DNA of 64,000 nucleotides from an uncultured Gemmatimonadales bacterium (GTDB lineage Bacteria; Gemmatimonadota; Gemmatimonadetes; Gemmatimonadales; GWC2-71-9). The position numbers and the translations under genes were made by a program. The stretch covers positions 192,001 through 256,000 of the forward strand of contig CAWCFX010000001.1 of assembly GCA_963795085.1 (NCBI GenBank). Direction: 5' to 3'. The notes under the pieces are model-generated. The model made no database searches, had not been told where the DNA came from, and saw nothing but the letters and a program-made list of their open reading frames with translations. Below are positions 9,644 through 19,623 of this stretch, piece after piece. How positions within the stretch are numbered: position 1 is the first letter of the stretch; each line of letters starts with the position of its first letter.

Positions 9644-10581
9644 CAGCGTAACTCTTTCGCCATCGGGTCAAATCCGGAGGTCGGCGTCGGGGTGCCGTCC
9701 AGGAACGGAACCAGGATGGGCATCAGGAGGTCAGTCCGGTAGAGAATAGTGAAATGCGTGGTGCCGGGAAGTATCGCCAGCTGATCTTCCGCCGGGCCGG
9801 CCATGCCGCCGTCCGGGCGGGCGCCACCCAGCAGGTGAAACAGTTCGACGGCATGTTCCGGGCGGATCAGATCGGCATCGCCGACCAGGAGGAGCGTAGG
9901 CGCCCTGACGGCCCGCACCTGGGCCTCCGGCAACGGCGGCGTTTCCAGCATGAGATCCCGCATCTTGGCCACCATCCCGGGCCAGCGCGAGGTATCCGGG
10001 GCGAGCCGCATGTATTCTTTTTCCATGGGGCTTCCCCTGAGTCCCACGGCGTTCAGCCCGGGCCACATCGCCACGATTGCGGGATAGGTACCATCCTTGT
10101 TGTAACCAGCGGACGCAACCACCAGTTTACGTACCAGCGCGGGATGGCGGATCGCGACCCGCAGGGCGGTCGCGCCACCCATGCTGTAGCCCAGGAAGTC
10201 GGCCTGCTTCACGCCGAGTGTGGCAACAAGACCGGCGACATCATCGGCGAACTGATCGTAGCTCAGCGGGCGGTCCAGGTCAGGGGTCCGCCCATGACCT
10301 TCCAGCTCAATGGCGATCACCTGCCGGCTCCGGGCCAGGGCGGGGAGGATGGGCCCCAAGGCCTCAATCGACATAAATCCTCCGTGCAGCAGCACCAGGG
10401 GACGCCCGGCACCATGGATCTCGTAGTACATCCTGAGTCCATTAATTGTCTCAAATCCTCTCTTCGCGGCCGTTGAGTCCTGTGCCGCCGCCGGTGCCAC
10501 GAAGCCAAGGAGGACGCCCATCACGAGGGCCGGAATCAGGACTCGGACGCTGTCCAGCCGGTGCAACCGTTGAATTTGCAT
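9643..10581 (-). CDS. Secreted alpha/beta hydrolase
   Basis: Signal peptide ending AAAQ, LVLLHGG, GHGRT, nucleophile GYSMG, PGTTH. Exact start uncertain. Confidence 0.88.
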   Translation of the reverse strand: MQIQRLHRLDSVRVLIPALVMGVLLGFVAPAAAQDSTAAKRGFETINGLRMYYEIHGAGRPLVLLHGGFMSIEALGPILPALARSRQVIAIELEGHGRTPDLDRPLSYDQFADDVAGLVATLGVKQADFLGYSMGGATALRVAIRHPALVRKLVVASAGYNKDGTYPAIVAMWPGLNAVGLRGSPMEKEYMRLAPDTSRWPGMVAKMRDLMLETPPLPEAQVRAVRAPTLLLVGDADLIRPEHAVELFHLLGGARPDGGMAGPAEDQLAILPGTTHFTILYRTDLLMPILVPFLDGTPTPTSGFDPMAKELR

Positions 10582-10633
10582 CTTATCGGCCCTCTCGCCA
10601 TCTGGATTGTTCCTGGGTACAACTTACCCATGC

Positions 10634-10660
10634 GTCGAACCAGCCGGTCAGTTTTCGACA
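10634..10660 (-). promoter_or_regulatory. Putative ECF42-dependent promoter of the hydrolase-DGPF-DGPF-sigma operon
   Basis: Minus strand reads TGTCGA-AAACTGACCGGCTGGTT-CGAC. This matches the ECF42 consensus as I recall it (-35 TGTCGA, -10 CG(A/T)C). Confidence 0.68.
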
Positions 10661-10685
10661 CCGACCTTCCACCCGGTACCTGCCG

Positions 10686-10717
10686 GCCCCCTTGCCCCCT
10701 TGCCCCCTTGCCCCCTT
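10686..10717. repeat. Octamer tandem repeat (GCCCCCTT)x4
   Basis: Four perfect copies in the divergent intergenic region. Confidence 0.85.
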
Positions 10718-10726
10718 TTTCTTCTC

Positions 10727-11914
10727 ATGCTCTCAGCCGACGCGCTCCCCGCAATCCATTCCGCCCTCACCTCGCTGGCCAACCCGGTTGATGGGTGGCT
10801 GCTGTTCGACTTCCGGGGGATCAATCCCATCCACGCCGCCGTTCTGGGCAATGAGATCGTCGGATCGCGCCGCCAGTACGTCCTGCTGACCCGGTCCCAG
10901 GCGCCGGTCGCGCTGGTGCACAAGGTGGACGACGAACTCTGGCGGCACTGGCCCGCTGAATGGAAGAAAATCGTGTGGGTGCGCCGGGAGGAACTGGCGC
11001 TGGAGCTGAAGGCCCTGGTCGGCGGGAAGACCGTCGCCATGGAATATTCCCCGAAGGGCGACGTGCCTTATGGGGACTATATCCCGGCCGGCACTCTCGA
11101 TTTTGTGCGGGCGGTGGGCGCTACCCCGGTATCCTCCGCCGAGCTGGTGACGCGGTATTGCTCCGCCTGGACGACGGCGGACCTGGCCAGCCACCGGCGG
11201 GCGGCGGAGCACATCGCCGGAATGGCCCGGGAGGCGTTCCGCAGAATCGGGGAGCAGGCGGCGACCGGCCAGCCGCTCACCGAGTACGATGTCACCGCCT
11301 GGATTCTCCAGGCCTTCGAGCGCGCCGGGCTGGAAACGCTGAGTGTACCCAGTGTCTCCTACGGCGTTCATGCGGCACGGGCCCACTACGAGGCGCAGCC
11401 CGAGGGATCGGCGCTGCTGGTGCCCGGGCAGCTGCTTCTGCTCGATCTCTGGGCCAGGGAGCCGGGCGGCGTCTTCGCGGACCAGACCTGGATGGCCGCC
11501 ATTGGCCCTCCGTCGCCGCGGGCCGGAGAACTGTGGAGTATCGTCCGGGAGGCCCGCGATGCGGCGATCGACCTGCTGCGGCAACGGCTCGCGAGCGGAA
11601 CCCCGGTGGCCGGCGCCGAGGCGGACCGGGCCGCGCGGGGAGTCATCGAGCAGGCCGGCTACGGGGACCGGATCATCTGCCGGACCGGCCATTCCATCGA
11701 CCGCGTCGGGCTGCACGGATTCGGTCCGACCCTCGACGATACCGAGAGCTTCGACCGGCGCCAGATCCTGCCCGGTTCCGGGTTTTCCATCGAGCCCGGG
11801 ATCTACATCCCGGATGAGATCGGCCTCCGGAGCGAGGTGAACGCCCATGCCCGTTCCGAAGGGCTCGACGTGACACCGAGTGAGTATCAGCGGGACTTGA
11901 TCGTCGCGGGCTGA
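10727..11914 (+). CDS. M24 family metallopeptidase
   Basis: LLDLWA..ADQTW, RTGHSID, GFSIEPGIY, GLRSEVN. Confidence 0.85.
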   Translation: MLSADALPAIHSALTSLANPVDGWLLFDFRGINPIHAAVLGNEIVGSRRQYVLLTRSQAPVALVHKVDDELWRHWPAEWKKIVWVRREELALELKALVGGKTVAMEYSPKGDVPYGDYIPAGTLDFVRAVGATPVSSAELVTRYCSAWTTADLASHRRAAEHIAGMAREAFRRIGEQAATGQPLTEYDVTAWILQAFERAGLETLSVPSVSYGVHAARAHYEAQPEGSALLVPGQLLLLDLWAREPGGVFADQTWMAAIGPPSPRAGELWSIVREARDAAIDLLRQRLASGTPVAGAEADRAARGVIEQAGYGDRIICRTGHSIDRVGLHGFGPTLDDTESFDRRQILPGSGFSIEPGIYIPDEIGLRSEVNAHARSEGLDVTPSEYQRDLIVAG

Positions 11915-11935
11915 TCCAACACCCTGGGGGGAGCC

Positions 11936-13051
11936 ATGAGCGGAGTGCGTATCCTGGTCGGGACCCGGAAAGGTGCGTTCATCCTCACCGCCGACGGGAC
12001 ACGCCGGCAGTGGAGAGTCTCCGGTCCCCATTTCGGCGGATGGGAGGTCTTCCATCTCAAGGGGTCGCCTGCGGATCCGAGCCGGCTCTACGCCTCCCAG
12101 TCCAGCGGCTGGTTCGGCCAGAAGATCCAGGTGTCGCAGGACGGCGGTGAGAGTTGGGATCCCGCCGGCGATGCCTTCGCGTACGATGGTGTCACCGGCA
12201 CCCACATGTGGTATGACGGCACCCAGCATCCCTGGGAGTTCAAGCGGGTCTGGCACCTGGAGCCATCGCTTGCCGATCCGGACACCGTGTATGCCGGGGT
12301 AGAAGATGCGGCGCTCTTCCGGACTACCGACGGGGGCCGGAGCTGGCACGAACTGTCCGGGCTGCGCACTCATGGCTCCGGCCCCCGGTGGCAGCCGGGC
12401 GCGGGCGGCATGTGCCTGCACACTATCCTGCTCGACCCCGCCGATCCCCTGCGCATCTATACGGCCATCTCGGCCGCGGGCGCCTTTCGCAGCGATGACG
12501 GGGGCGTCACCTGGCGGCCGATCAACCGGGGTCTCCACTCCCAGTACATCCCGGATCCGGTCGCGGAGGTCGGCCATTGCGTGCACCGGATCGCGATGCA
12601 TCGCTCGCGGCCCGGGGTGCTCTTCATGCAGAAACACTGGGACGTGTTGCGGAGTGATGACGCCGGCGACAACTGGCGGGAGGTGAGCGGGGACCTGCCC
12701 AGCGATTTCGGGTTTCCCATCGAAGTGCACGCCCACGAGCCCGACACGGTGTACGTGGTGCCGATTACCAGCGACTCGGAGCACTTCCCGCCGGAAGGGA
12801 AACTCCGGGTGTACCGGAGCCGCACAGGGGGCCACCAGTGGGAGCCGCTGACCCGGGGGCTGCCCCAGCAGGACTGCTACGTCAACGTGCTCCGCGACGC
12901 GATGGCGGTGGATGGACTGGATCCCTGCGGGATTTACTTCGGCACCACCGGCGGCCAGGTGTACGGGTCTCCCGACGGCGGCGACACCTGGACGCCGATC
13001 GTACGGGACCTGCCTGCGGTGCTGTCGGTCGAGGTCCAGACCCTGGCATGA
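11936..13051 (+). CDS. BNR/Asp-box beta-propeller protein (sialidase-like fold)
   Basis: Repeated S/T-x-D-G-G-x-S/T-W boxes; N-terminal [10 protein letters not shown]. Confidence 0.88.
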   Translation: MSGVRILVGTRKGAFILTADGTRRQWRVSGPHFGGWEVFHLKGSPADPSRLYASQSSGWFGQKIQVSQDGGESWDPAGDAFAYDGVTGTHMWYDGTQHPWEFKRVWHLEPSLADPDTVYAGVEDAALFRTTDGGRSWHELSGLRTHGSGPRWQPGAGGMCLHTILLDPADPLRIYTAISAAGAFRSDDGGVTWRPINRGLHSQYIPDPVAEVGHCVHRIAMHRSRPGVLFMQKHWDVLRSDDAGDNWREVSGDLPSDFGFPIEVHAHEPDTVYVVPITSDSEHFPPEGKLRVYRSRTGGHQWEPLTRGLPQQDCYVNVLRDAMAVDGLDPCGIYFGTTGGQVYGSPDGGDTWTPIVRDLPAVLSVEVQTLA

Positions 13052-13055
13052 ATCC

Positions 13056-13352
13056 GTGATTGTCCTCGTGCTTCCCGCGCATCTCCGGACGCTGGCCCGG
13101 GTTACCGGCGATGTCCGCCTCGAGGTGGATGGGCGGCCAACCCTGGGCTCAGTGCTCGACGCGCTGGAGTCCCGGTATCCGGTCCTGCGGGGAGCCATTC
13201 GCGATCACGGAACCCTCAAACGCCGGGACTTCGTACGGTTCTTTGCCGCCGGGGAGGACATCTCGCTCACGCCCCTGGATACGCCGCTTCCGGACTCCGT
13301 CGCGCGCGGCGAGGAACCCTTCATGATCGTCGGGGCCATCGCCGGGGGCTGA
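13056..13352 (+). CDS. MoaD/ThiS family ubiquitin-like protein
   Basis: GTG start just after the propeller stop. Beta-grasp pattern LPAHLR..LDALE.RYP.L and C-terminal AIAGG. Confidence 0.85.
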   Translation: MIVLVLPAHLRTLARVTGDVRLEVDGRPTLGSVLDALESRYPVLRGAIRDHGTLKRRDFVRFFAAGEDISLTPLDTPLPDSVARGEEPFMIVGAIAGG

Positions 13353-13424
13353 CCCATCTAATCCCGACTCCGCAGCGCCGCCCGCCCTCGTGCCAGTCGG
13401 AGCACAGCAGGTTACTGTTGATCC

Positions 13425-15101
13425 ATGACCAACACCACCGCTTCCTTCACCGACCTCGGCATTTCCGCCTCGCTGGTGGAGGGTTTGGCGTCCCTGGGCT
13501 ACGAAGAACCCACCCCGATCCAGCGGGAAGCGATCCCGCCGCTCCTGGCGGGGAAAGATCTCGTGGGCCAGGCAGCCACTGGCACCGGCAAGACGGCGGC
13601 GTTCGCGTTGCCGCTGCTCCAGCGCCTCTCTCCGGGCGAGGCTCCGCCCTCCGCGCCATCCATCCTCGTCCTGGTGCCGACCCGGGAACTGGCCATGCAG
13701 GTCGCTGAGGCCTTTCACCGCTATGGCCGGCCGATCGGCGCGCGGGTGGTTCCGATCTACGGTGGCCAGGAGTTCAGCCAGCAGATCCGGGCTCTGCGGC
13801 GCGGGGTGCACGTCGTCGTCGCAACGCCGGGCCGGGCTATCGACCACCTGCGCCGCCGCACGCTGGTGTTCGATACGGTCACCTCGGTGGTGCTCGATGA
13901 GGCCGACGAAATGCTGGACATGGGGTTCGCGGAGGATATCGAGGCGCTGCTCGGCGCGGTGCCCGCCAGCCGGCAGACCGCGCTCTTCTCCGCCACCATG
14001 CCGCCCCGCATCCAGGGCATCGCCGAACGGCACCTTCGCGATCCGCACCGCATCACCATCGCCCGGGAGACGACGGCCGCCGGCGAGTTACCCCGGGTGC
14101 GCCAGACGGCCTACCTGGTCTCCCGGGCCCACAAGGTCGCGGCACTGGGCCGGATCCTCGACCTCGAGGCCGCCGCCCTGGCGCTGGTGTTCTGCCGGAC
14201 CCGCACCGAAGTGGATTCCCTGGCCGAAACGCTCTCCGGACACGGCTACCGTGCCGAGGCGCTGCATGGCGGAATGAGCCAGGAGCAGCGGGACCGGGTG
14301 ATGAAGCGCACCCGGGCCGGCGGGGTGGACCTGCTCATCGCCACCGATGTCGCCGCTCGCGGGCTCGACATCGAGCAACTGAGCCATGTCATCAATTTCA
14401 ATGTCCCGGAGTCCGCGGCGGCCTATGTGCACCGCATCGGGCGGACCGGCCGGGCGGGCCGGGAAGGGGTAGCCATCACCCTGGTGGAGCCCCGGGAACA
14501 CCGGATGCTCCGGACCATCGAGCAGGTCACCCGGGCCCGCATCGACGTAGCCCAGGTCCCTTCGCTGCCGGACGTCCGGGCGAAGCGCCTCGACCTGACC
14601 CGGGCGATGCTCCGCGAGCGGATCGCCGCCGGCGGTCACGATCATTACCGCGTCGTGGTCGAGGCCCTGGCCGATGAGTTCGACCTCATGGATATCGGCG
14701 CGGCCGCGGTGCAGCTGATCCACGAGGCCTCGACCGGCGGAAAGGAGGAGACCGAGATACCCATCGAGCCGCTGCCGACAGGGAAAAAGGCGGGCCAGGC
14801 TGGAAAACCGGCGAGGGCCAGGGCCAGGGCCAGGCCGCCGGGGGCGGGTCTATCCAGTGTGTTCATCGGTGCGGGCAAGAAGGATAACATGCGCCCAACA
14901 GACATCGTGGGCGCCATCGCCAATGAAGCGGGGATCGACGCCCGGACCATCGGGACCATCGAGATCGGGGACCGGTTCTCCCTCGTGGAGCTGCCGGAAG
15001 AGGTGACCGACCAGGTGATTGCCGCGCTCCGGGCAACCAAGGTGAAGGGCAAGAAGCTGACGGTCCGCCGGGACAAGGCCAAGACCCGGCGCCCGGGCTA
15101 G
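13425..15101 (+). CDS. deaD: DEAD-box RNA helicase with C-terminal DbpA RNA-binding domain
   Basis: Q motif PTPIQ, ATGTGKT, PTRELA, DEAD, SAT, ARGLD, HRIGRTGRAG, DIVGAIANEAGI. Confidence 0.9.
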   Translation: MTNTTASFTDLGISASLVEGLASLGYEEPTPIQREAIPPLLAGKDLVGQAATGTGKTAAFALPLLQRLSPGEAPPSAPSILVLVPTRELAMQVAEAFHRYGRPIGARVVPIYGGQEFSQQIRALRRGVHVVVATPGRAIDHLRRRTLVFDTVTSVVLDEADEMLDMGFAEDIEALLGAVPASRQTALFSATMPPRIQGIAERHLRDPHRITIARETTAAGELPRVRQTAYLVSRAHKVAALGRILDLEAAALALVFCRTRTEVDSLAETLSGHGYRAEALHGGMSQEQRDRVMKRTRAGGVDLLIATDVAARGLDIEQLSHVINFNVPESAAAYVHRIGRTGRAGREGVAITLVEPREHRMLRTIEQVTRARIDVAQVPSLPDVRAKRLDLTRAMLRERIAAGGHDHYRVVVEALADEFDLMDIGAAAVQLIHEASTGGKEETEIPIEPLPTGKKAGQAGKPARARARARPPGAGLSSVFIGAGKKDNMRPTDIVGAIANEAGIDARTIGTIEIGDRFSLVELPEEVTDQVIAALRATKVKGKKLTVRRDKAKTRRPG

Positions 15102-16993
15102 CCGCCGCTCTCGCCCGCCAGGGTTTCCAGCTCTTCCCACCGCCGTTCCACCGCCGCCAATTCCTCGCCCAGGGATTCCAGCCGGAGCTTGGCCTGGGCA
15201 GCGGCGGCGCCGTCCCGGAGAACGGCCGGATCGGCCAGGGACGCGTAGAGCCCGCCCCGCTCCTGCTCCAGGGCGTGGATCCGATCCGGCAGGCCGGCCA
15301 GCTCCTTCTTTTCCTTGATGGAGAGCTTTCTCCTGGCGGCCGGCCTGGCGATGGCGGCCGCCCTGGGCGGCGGCTTTACCGGGGCGGGGGTCGGCCGGGT
15401 CCGGGCCCGCTGACGGGCCCAGTCGCTGTAGCCGCCGGCATATTCTCCCACCCACCCGTGGCCTTCCATTACCAGCGTGCTCGTCACCACGTTGTCGAGG
15501 AATGTCCGGTCATGGCTCACCACCAGCAGCGTTCCCGAGTACTCCAGCAGCAGATCCTCCAGCAGGTCGAGAGTCTCGATGTCCAGGTCGTTGGTGGGCT
15601 CGTCCATCGCGAGGACATTAAATGACCTGGTAAAGAGCCGGGCCAGGAGCAGCCGGTTCCGCTCCCCGCCGGAGAGGGCTCGCACCGGGGTCCGCGCCCG
15701 CTCCGGGGGAAAGAGAAAATCCTGGAGATATCCCAGCACGTGCTTCCGGTTCTCGCCGATATCCACGAACTCGGCCCCGCCCGCAATGCTCTCCTGCACA
15801 GTCCGGTTCGGGTCCAGTTGCTCCCGCAGCTGGTCGAAATAGGCGATCTCGATTCCGGTGCCCGGGCGAACCACGCCGCTGTCGGGTGGGATCTCCCCGA
15901 GCAGCAGGCGAAGGAGGGTCGTCTTGCCGGACCCGTTGGGCCCGATGATGCCGATCCGGTCCCCCCGTGCCACGGTGGTGGTCAGCTCCCGCACGATGGG
16001 CCGCTCTCCGTGTGCAAAGCTGGCCTCTCGTGCTTCCACCACGATGCGGCCGCCGCGTTCCGCTTCCTGGGCCGTGAGGCGCACGGTGCCTTCCCGCTCC
16101 CGCCGGGCCGCCCGTTCCCGCCGCATCGCTTCCAGGGAGCGGACCCGGCCTTCGTTGCGGGTGCGCCGGGCCTTGATGCCCTGCCGGATCCACGCCTCTT
16201 CCCGCGCCAGCTGCTTGTCGAACTCGGCCCACTCCCGTTCTTCGGCCGCGAGCGCGGCATCCTTCCGCTCGAGGTAGGCGGTGTAGTCCACGCCCCAGTC
16301 CATCAGCCGGCCCCGGTCCAGCTCGACGATCCGGGTCGCCAGCCGGCTCAGGAAGGTCCGGTCGTGGGTAACGAAGCAGAGAGCGCCTTTGCGGCCGCGA
16401 AGAAAATCCTCCATCCATTCGATCGCGTCCACGTCGAGATGGTTCGTCGGTTCGTCCAGCAGGAGCACGTCGGGATCCCGCACCAGGGCCCGGGCGAGGA
16501 GCGCCTGCCGCTTACGGCCGCCGGAGAGCCGGACGAACGGCGCCTCCTGGTCCAGTCCCAGGTGAGAAATCACTGTCTCGACCTGGCTCTGGAACTGCCA
16601 GGCGCCGGCCACATCCAGCTCGTGGTGCAGGCGGCCGAGGTCGCGGAGGGCGTTGGCATCTCCGTTCCCGACCCGCACACCGGCCTCGTGGTAGCGGGCC
16701 AGCAGGGTGCCGGTATCGCCGAGCCCCGCGGCCACCACGTCGAAGACGCTGCCGGGGACCTCGCCGGGGATCTCCTGCTCCAGCCGGGCCACCGTGACCC
16801 CGCCCTGCCGCACGATCTCCCCGCGGTCGGGGTTAAGGGAACCGTCGAGCAGCTTCATGACCGTGCTCTTGCCGGCGCCGTTCCGGCCCAGCAGGCAGAC
16901 CCGCTCCCCCCGGTCGATCCCGAAGGACGCGCCCTCCAGAATTGGCGGGCCGCCAAAGGCGATGGTCAGATCCCGCATGCCCAGCAAAGCCAT
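15098..16993 (-). CDS. uup: ABC-F family ATPase Uup
   Basis: Two ABC domains (GRNGAGKS, GPNGSGKT, LSGG, DEPTN), linker WIRQGIKARRTRNEGRVR, C-terminal coiled coil, no TM segments. Confidence 0.92.
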   Translation of the reverse strand: MALLGMRDLTIAFGGPPILEGASFGIDRGERVCLLGRNGAGKSTVMKLLDGSLNPDRGEIVRQGGVTVARLEQEIPGEVPGSVFDVVAAGLGDTGTLLARYHEAGVRVGNGDANALRDLGRLHHELDVAGAWQFQSQVETVISHLGLDQEAPFVRLSGGRKRQALLARALVRDPDVLLLDEPTNHLDVDAIEWMEDFLRGRKGALCFVTHDRTFLSRLATRIVELDRGRLMDWGVDYTAYLERKDAALAAEEREWAEFDKQLAREEAWIRQGIKARRTRNEGRVRSLEAMRRERAARREREGTVRLTAQEAERGGRIVVEAREASFAHGERPIVRELTTTVARGDRIGIIGPNGSGKTTLLRLLLGEIPPDSGVVRPGTGIEIAYFDQLREQLDPNRTVQESIAGGAEFVDIGENRKHVLGYLQDFLFPPERARTPVRALSGGERNRLLLARLFTRSFNVLAMDEPTNDLDIETLDLLEDLLLEYSGTLLVVSHDRTFLDNVVTSTLVMEGHGWVGEYAGGYSDWARQRARTRPTPAPVKPPPRAAAIARPAARRKLSIKEKKELAGLPDRIHALEQERGGLYASLADPAVLRDGAAAAQAKLRLESLGEELAAVERRWEELETLAGESGG

Positions 16994-17094
16994 TTCTATT
17001 CCCTCTGTAGTAGACGTGCACCTCGCGCAGGTAGAATAGACGGCTCCGGGCATGCAGGAAACCCGACCCCCATCTCCGGCGTACGGCTTCCTCT

Positions 17095-18816
17095 ATGGAT
17101 ATAACATCGCGTCTTCCCGCCGCCTTGGTGGCCCTGCTGCTCGTTACCGCGCCGGCGATCGCCCAGTCGGCGCCTTTCCTCAATATCAATCCGTCCTGGG
17201 CGCCCGATGGTACGCAACTGGTCTTCGAGAGCCGGAGGCACGGCAATCCCCAACTCTACATCGTCCGTGCTGATCGCACCGGTGAACGCCGGCTGACCCG
17301 AAACGGCGGCAGCGACACCCACCCGGCATGGTCTCCCGATGGCGAGTGGATTGTCTTCGACTCAAATCGGGACGGAGTCTGGAACCTCTATCTCATCCGT
17401 CCTGACGGCACCGGTGAACGGCGGCTCACCTATCCCGGCACCAGTCTGGCAAGCGCCGTTGCGCGCCACCCCCAATGGTCGCCCGATGGCCGATCCATTG
17501 TGTTCGACAGTAACCGGGACGGCAACGACGAGCTCTACCGGATGGACTGGAACGGCGGCAGCCTCGTCCGGCTTACCCGGTCTCCCGCCGGCGACGGCCA
17601 CGGTGCCTTCTCCCCCGATGGGCGAACCATTGTTTTTGGCTCCGATCGCGGGGGTTCGGCGGACGTCTGGATCATGGATGCCGATGGCAACAATCCGCGC
17701 AGGCTTACCAGTGAACCGGCAATGGAGTCGGGGGGAAAGTTCTCTCCCGGGGGCCGGCTGATTGCCTTCTTCTCGGTGCTGAACGGCGAGGGCGGTCTCT
17801 ACGTGATGAACCCCGACGGTTCCGGCCGGCATCGGCTCACTCAGGCCACGGATATCGTGTACGAGCTGGCCTGGTCCCCCAATGGCCAGGAGATCGCGTT
17901 CTATTCCGACCGGACCGGTCAGTTCGAACTCTATGTGATGCCGGCAGGAGGAGGCGAAGCCCGCCAGTTGACAGCCTCGCGGTATGAGAATGCCTGGCCG
18001 GCATGGGCTGACGATGGCCAATCGGTCGTATTCGCTTCCAACCGGGAGGGCGGCGACTGGGAGATCTATCTCACCGCGGCCGGCGATTCCTCCACGCGGC
18101 GGTTGACCTACAGCCCCGGGCGCGATGCCCATCCGGTGTTTGGCCGGGATGGCCGAATCTACTTCCAATCGCCACGGAGCGACTCGGCGCCGGGCGAGGT
18201 GGACCTGTTTGTCATGAATCCGGACGGAAGCCAGCAGCGCCGGCTGGTCAGCAGCCCGGGGTTTGACGGCGTTCCTTCAATCTCGCCGGATGGCAGATGG
18301 ATCGCCTTTCAGCGGGGAACCCGGACCAGCGACGGTTATCGTTGGGAGCTGATCCTGGCCGATACCATCGGCGGCCAGGAGCGCAAGCTGACCAGCGCCA
18401 CCTGGAGCAGCCAGGTGCCGACCTGGACGCCTGACGGGAAGAACGTCATTTTTCATGCCGACTCGAGCGGCCGCAACGGGATCTATATCCTGAACCTGGC
18501 CAGCGGCCGGACCCGGCTGATATATGAGAACCTGGCCCAGAGCGAAACACCGTCTCTCTCCCCCAATGGCCGGTTCATCGCCTTCGTCTCCACCAGGGAC
18601 GGCCCGCGGGACCTCTACCGGATGAACACCAACGGCACCGGCGTTGTCCGCCTCACCGATGGCCAGGATGTGCAGTCCCAGCCCAGTTGGTCCAGCGACA
18701 GCTCGCAGATCCTCTTTTCCGGACTGGCGACCGGGGTATCCGAGGTGTACCTGATACAATCCGACGGCACCGGGCTGGTCCGCATTACCCAGGGAACCGA
18801 GGGATGGAGACCGTAG
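17095..18816 (+). CDS. Secreted TolB-like PD40-repeat double beta-propeller protein
   Basis: Signal peptide and about 12 repeats of P.WSPDG..I.F.S.R.G...(L/I)Y. Confidence 0.88.
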   Translation: MDITSRLPAALVALLLVTAPAIAQSAPFLNINPSWAPDGTQLVFESRRHGNPQLYIVRADRTGERRLTRNGGSDTHPAWSPDGEWIVFDSNRDGVWNLYLIRPDGTGERRLTYPGTSLASAVARHPQWSPDGRSIVFDSNRDGNDELYRMDWNGGSLVRLTRSPAGDGHGAFSPDGRTIVFGSDRGGSADVWIMDADGNNPRRLTSEPAMESGGKFSPGGRLIAFFSVLNGEGGLYVMNPDGSGRHRLTQATDIVYELAWSPNGQEIAFYSDRTGQFELYVMPAGGGEARQLTASRYENAWPAWADDGQSVVFASNREGGDWEIYLTAAGDSSTRRLTYSPGRDAHPVFGRDGRIYFQSPRSDSAPGEVDLFVMNPDGSQQRRLVSSPGFDGVPSISPDGRWIAFQRGTRTSDGYRWELILADTIGGQERKLTSATWSSQVPTWTPDGKNVIFHADSSGRNGIYILNLASGRTRLIYENLAQSETPSLSPNGRFIAFVSTRDGPRDLYRMNTNGTGVVRLTDGQDVQSQPSWSSDSSQILFSGLATGVSEVYLIQSDGTGLVRITQGTEGWRP

Positions 18817-18894
18817 AGAAGCCCGGAACTGCCGGGCACCGGCCTCGTCCCCCGGCCGGAGAGCCGTTCTTCGCAGTTCCCATTACCTCCCAGC

Positions 18895-19068
18895 ATGGTC
18901 GCCCTGATGCTGGCATTGGTGTTAGCTCCGCAGCAGGCTGATACCCTCACCTTGCGGCAGGCTCTCGACCTGGCCCGCACCGGTTGGCGCCAGGTCGAGT
19001 TGCCCGGTTCACTCACCGCCGAGGGTCGCGCCGGGGTCGGCATTGCCGGCACGATTCCCCGATGGTAG
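18895..19068 (+). pseudogene. N-terminal remnant of a TolC/CzcC-like outer-membrane efflux protein
   Basis: Manual translation [30 protein letters not shown]...[16 protein letters not shown]. Signal peptide and LTL.QAL..A pattern; truncated at 57 aa. Confidence 0.6.
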
Positions 19069-19538
19069 GAATCCTGCTGATTCTCTACTCGGACTTTGAA
19101 TCGGCCCGCCTCACGGCACTCCTCTTTCTCACACTGCCGTTCGCCCTGGTGGGCGGCATCCTGGGCGCCCTGGTCAATGGCGCGGTGTTGTCACTGGGCG
19201 CGCTGGTGGGACTGGTGACCGTCCTGGGCATCGCGGCCCGCAATGGCATCATGCTGGTCAGCCATTACCGGCACCTGGAACAGGAGGAAGGCATGGCCTT
19301 CGGGCCCGAACTGGTGCTCCAGGGCGCCCGGGAACGCCTGCTTCCCATCATCATGACCGCGCTGGTCACCGCCCTCGCGCTGGTTCCGCTGATCATATTC
19401 GGCAACAAGCCCGGCCATGAAATCGAGCACCCGATGGCCGTGGTCATCTTCGGGGGCCTGGTTTCCTCAACGGTGCTCAATCTGTTCCTGATGCCGGCAC
19501 TGTATCTCCGCTTTGGAAAGGGCCGGGAAACGAACTGA
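19062..19538 (+). pseudogene. C-terminal remnant of a CusA/CzcA heavy-metal RND transporter
   Basis: [46 protein letters not shown]. Only the last ~160 aa of a normally >1000-aa protein. Confidence 0.85.
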
Positions 19539-19573
19539 AATGCCACCAATAGAGAACCCGGAGGATGACTCCG

Positions 19574-19622
19574 GGCACTCTGCACTCTGCACTCTGCACT
19601 CTGCCCTCTGCACTCTGCCCTC
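19574..19622. repeat. Heptamer tandem repeat (TGCMCTC)x7
   Basis: Same unit as the right arm at 3442-3469; lies between convergent genes. Confidence 0.88.
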
Positions 19623-19623
19623 T

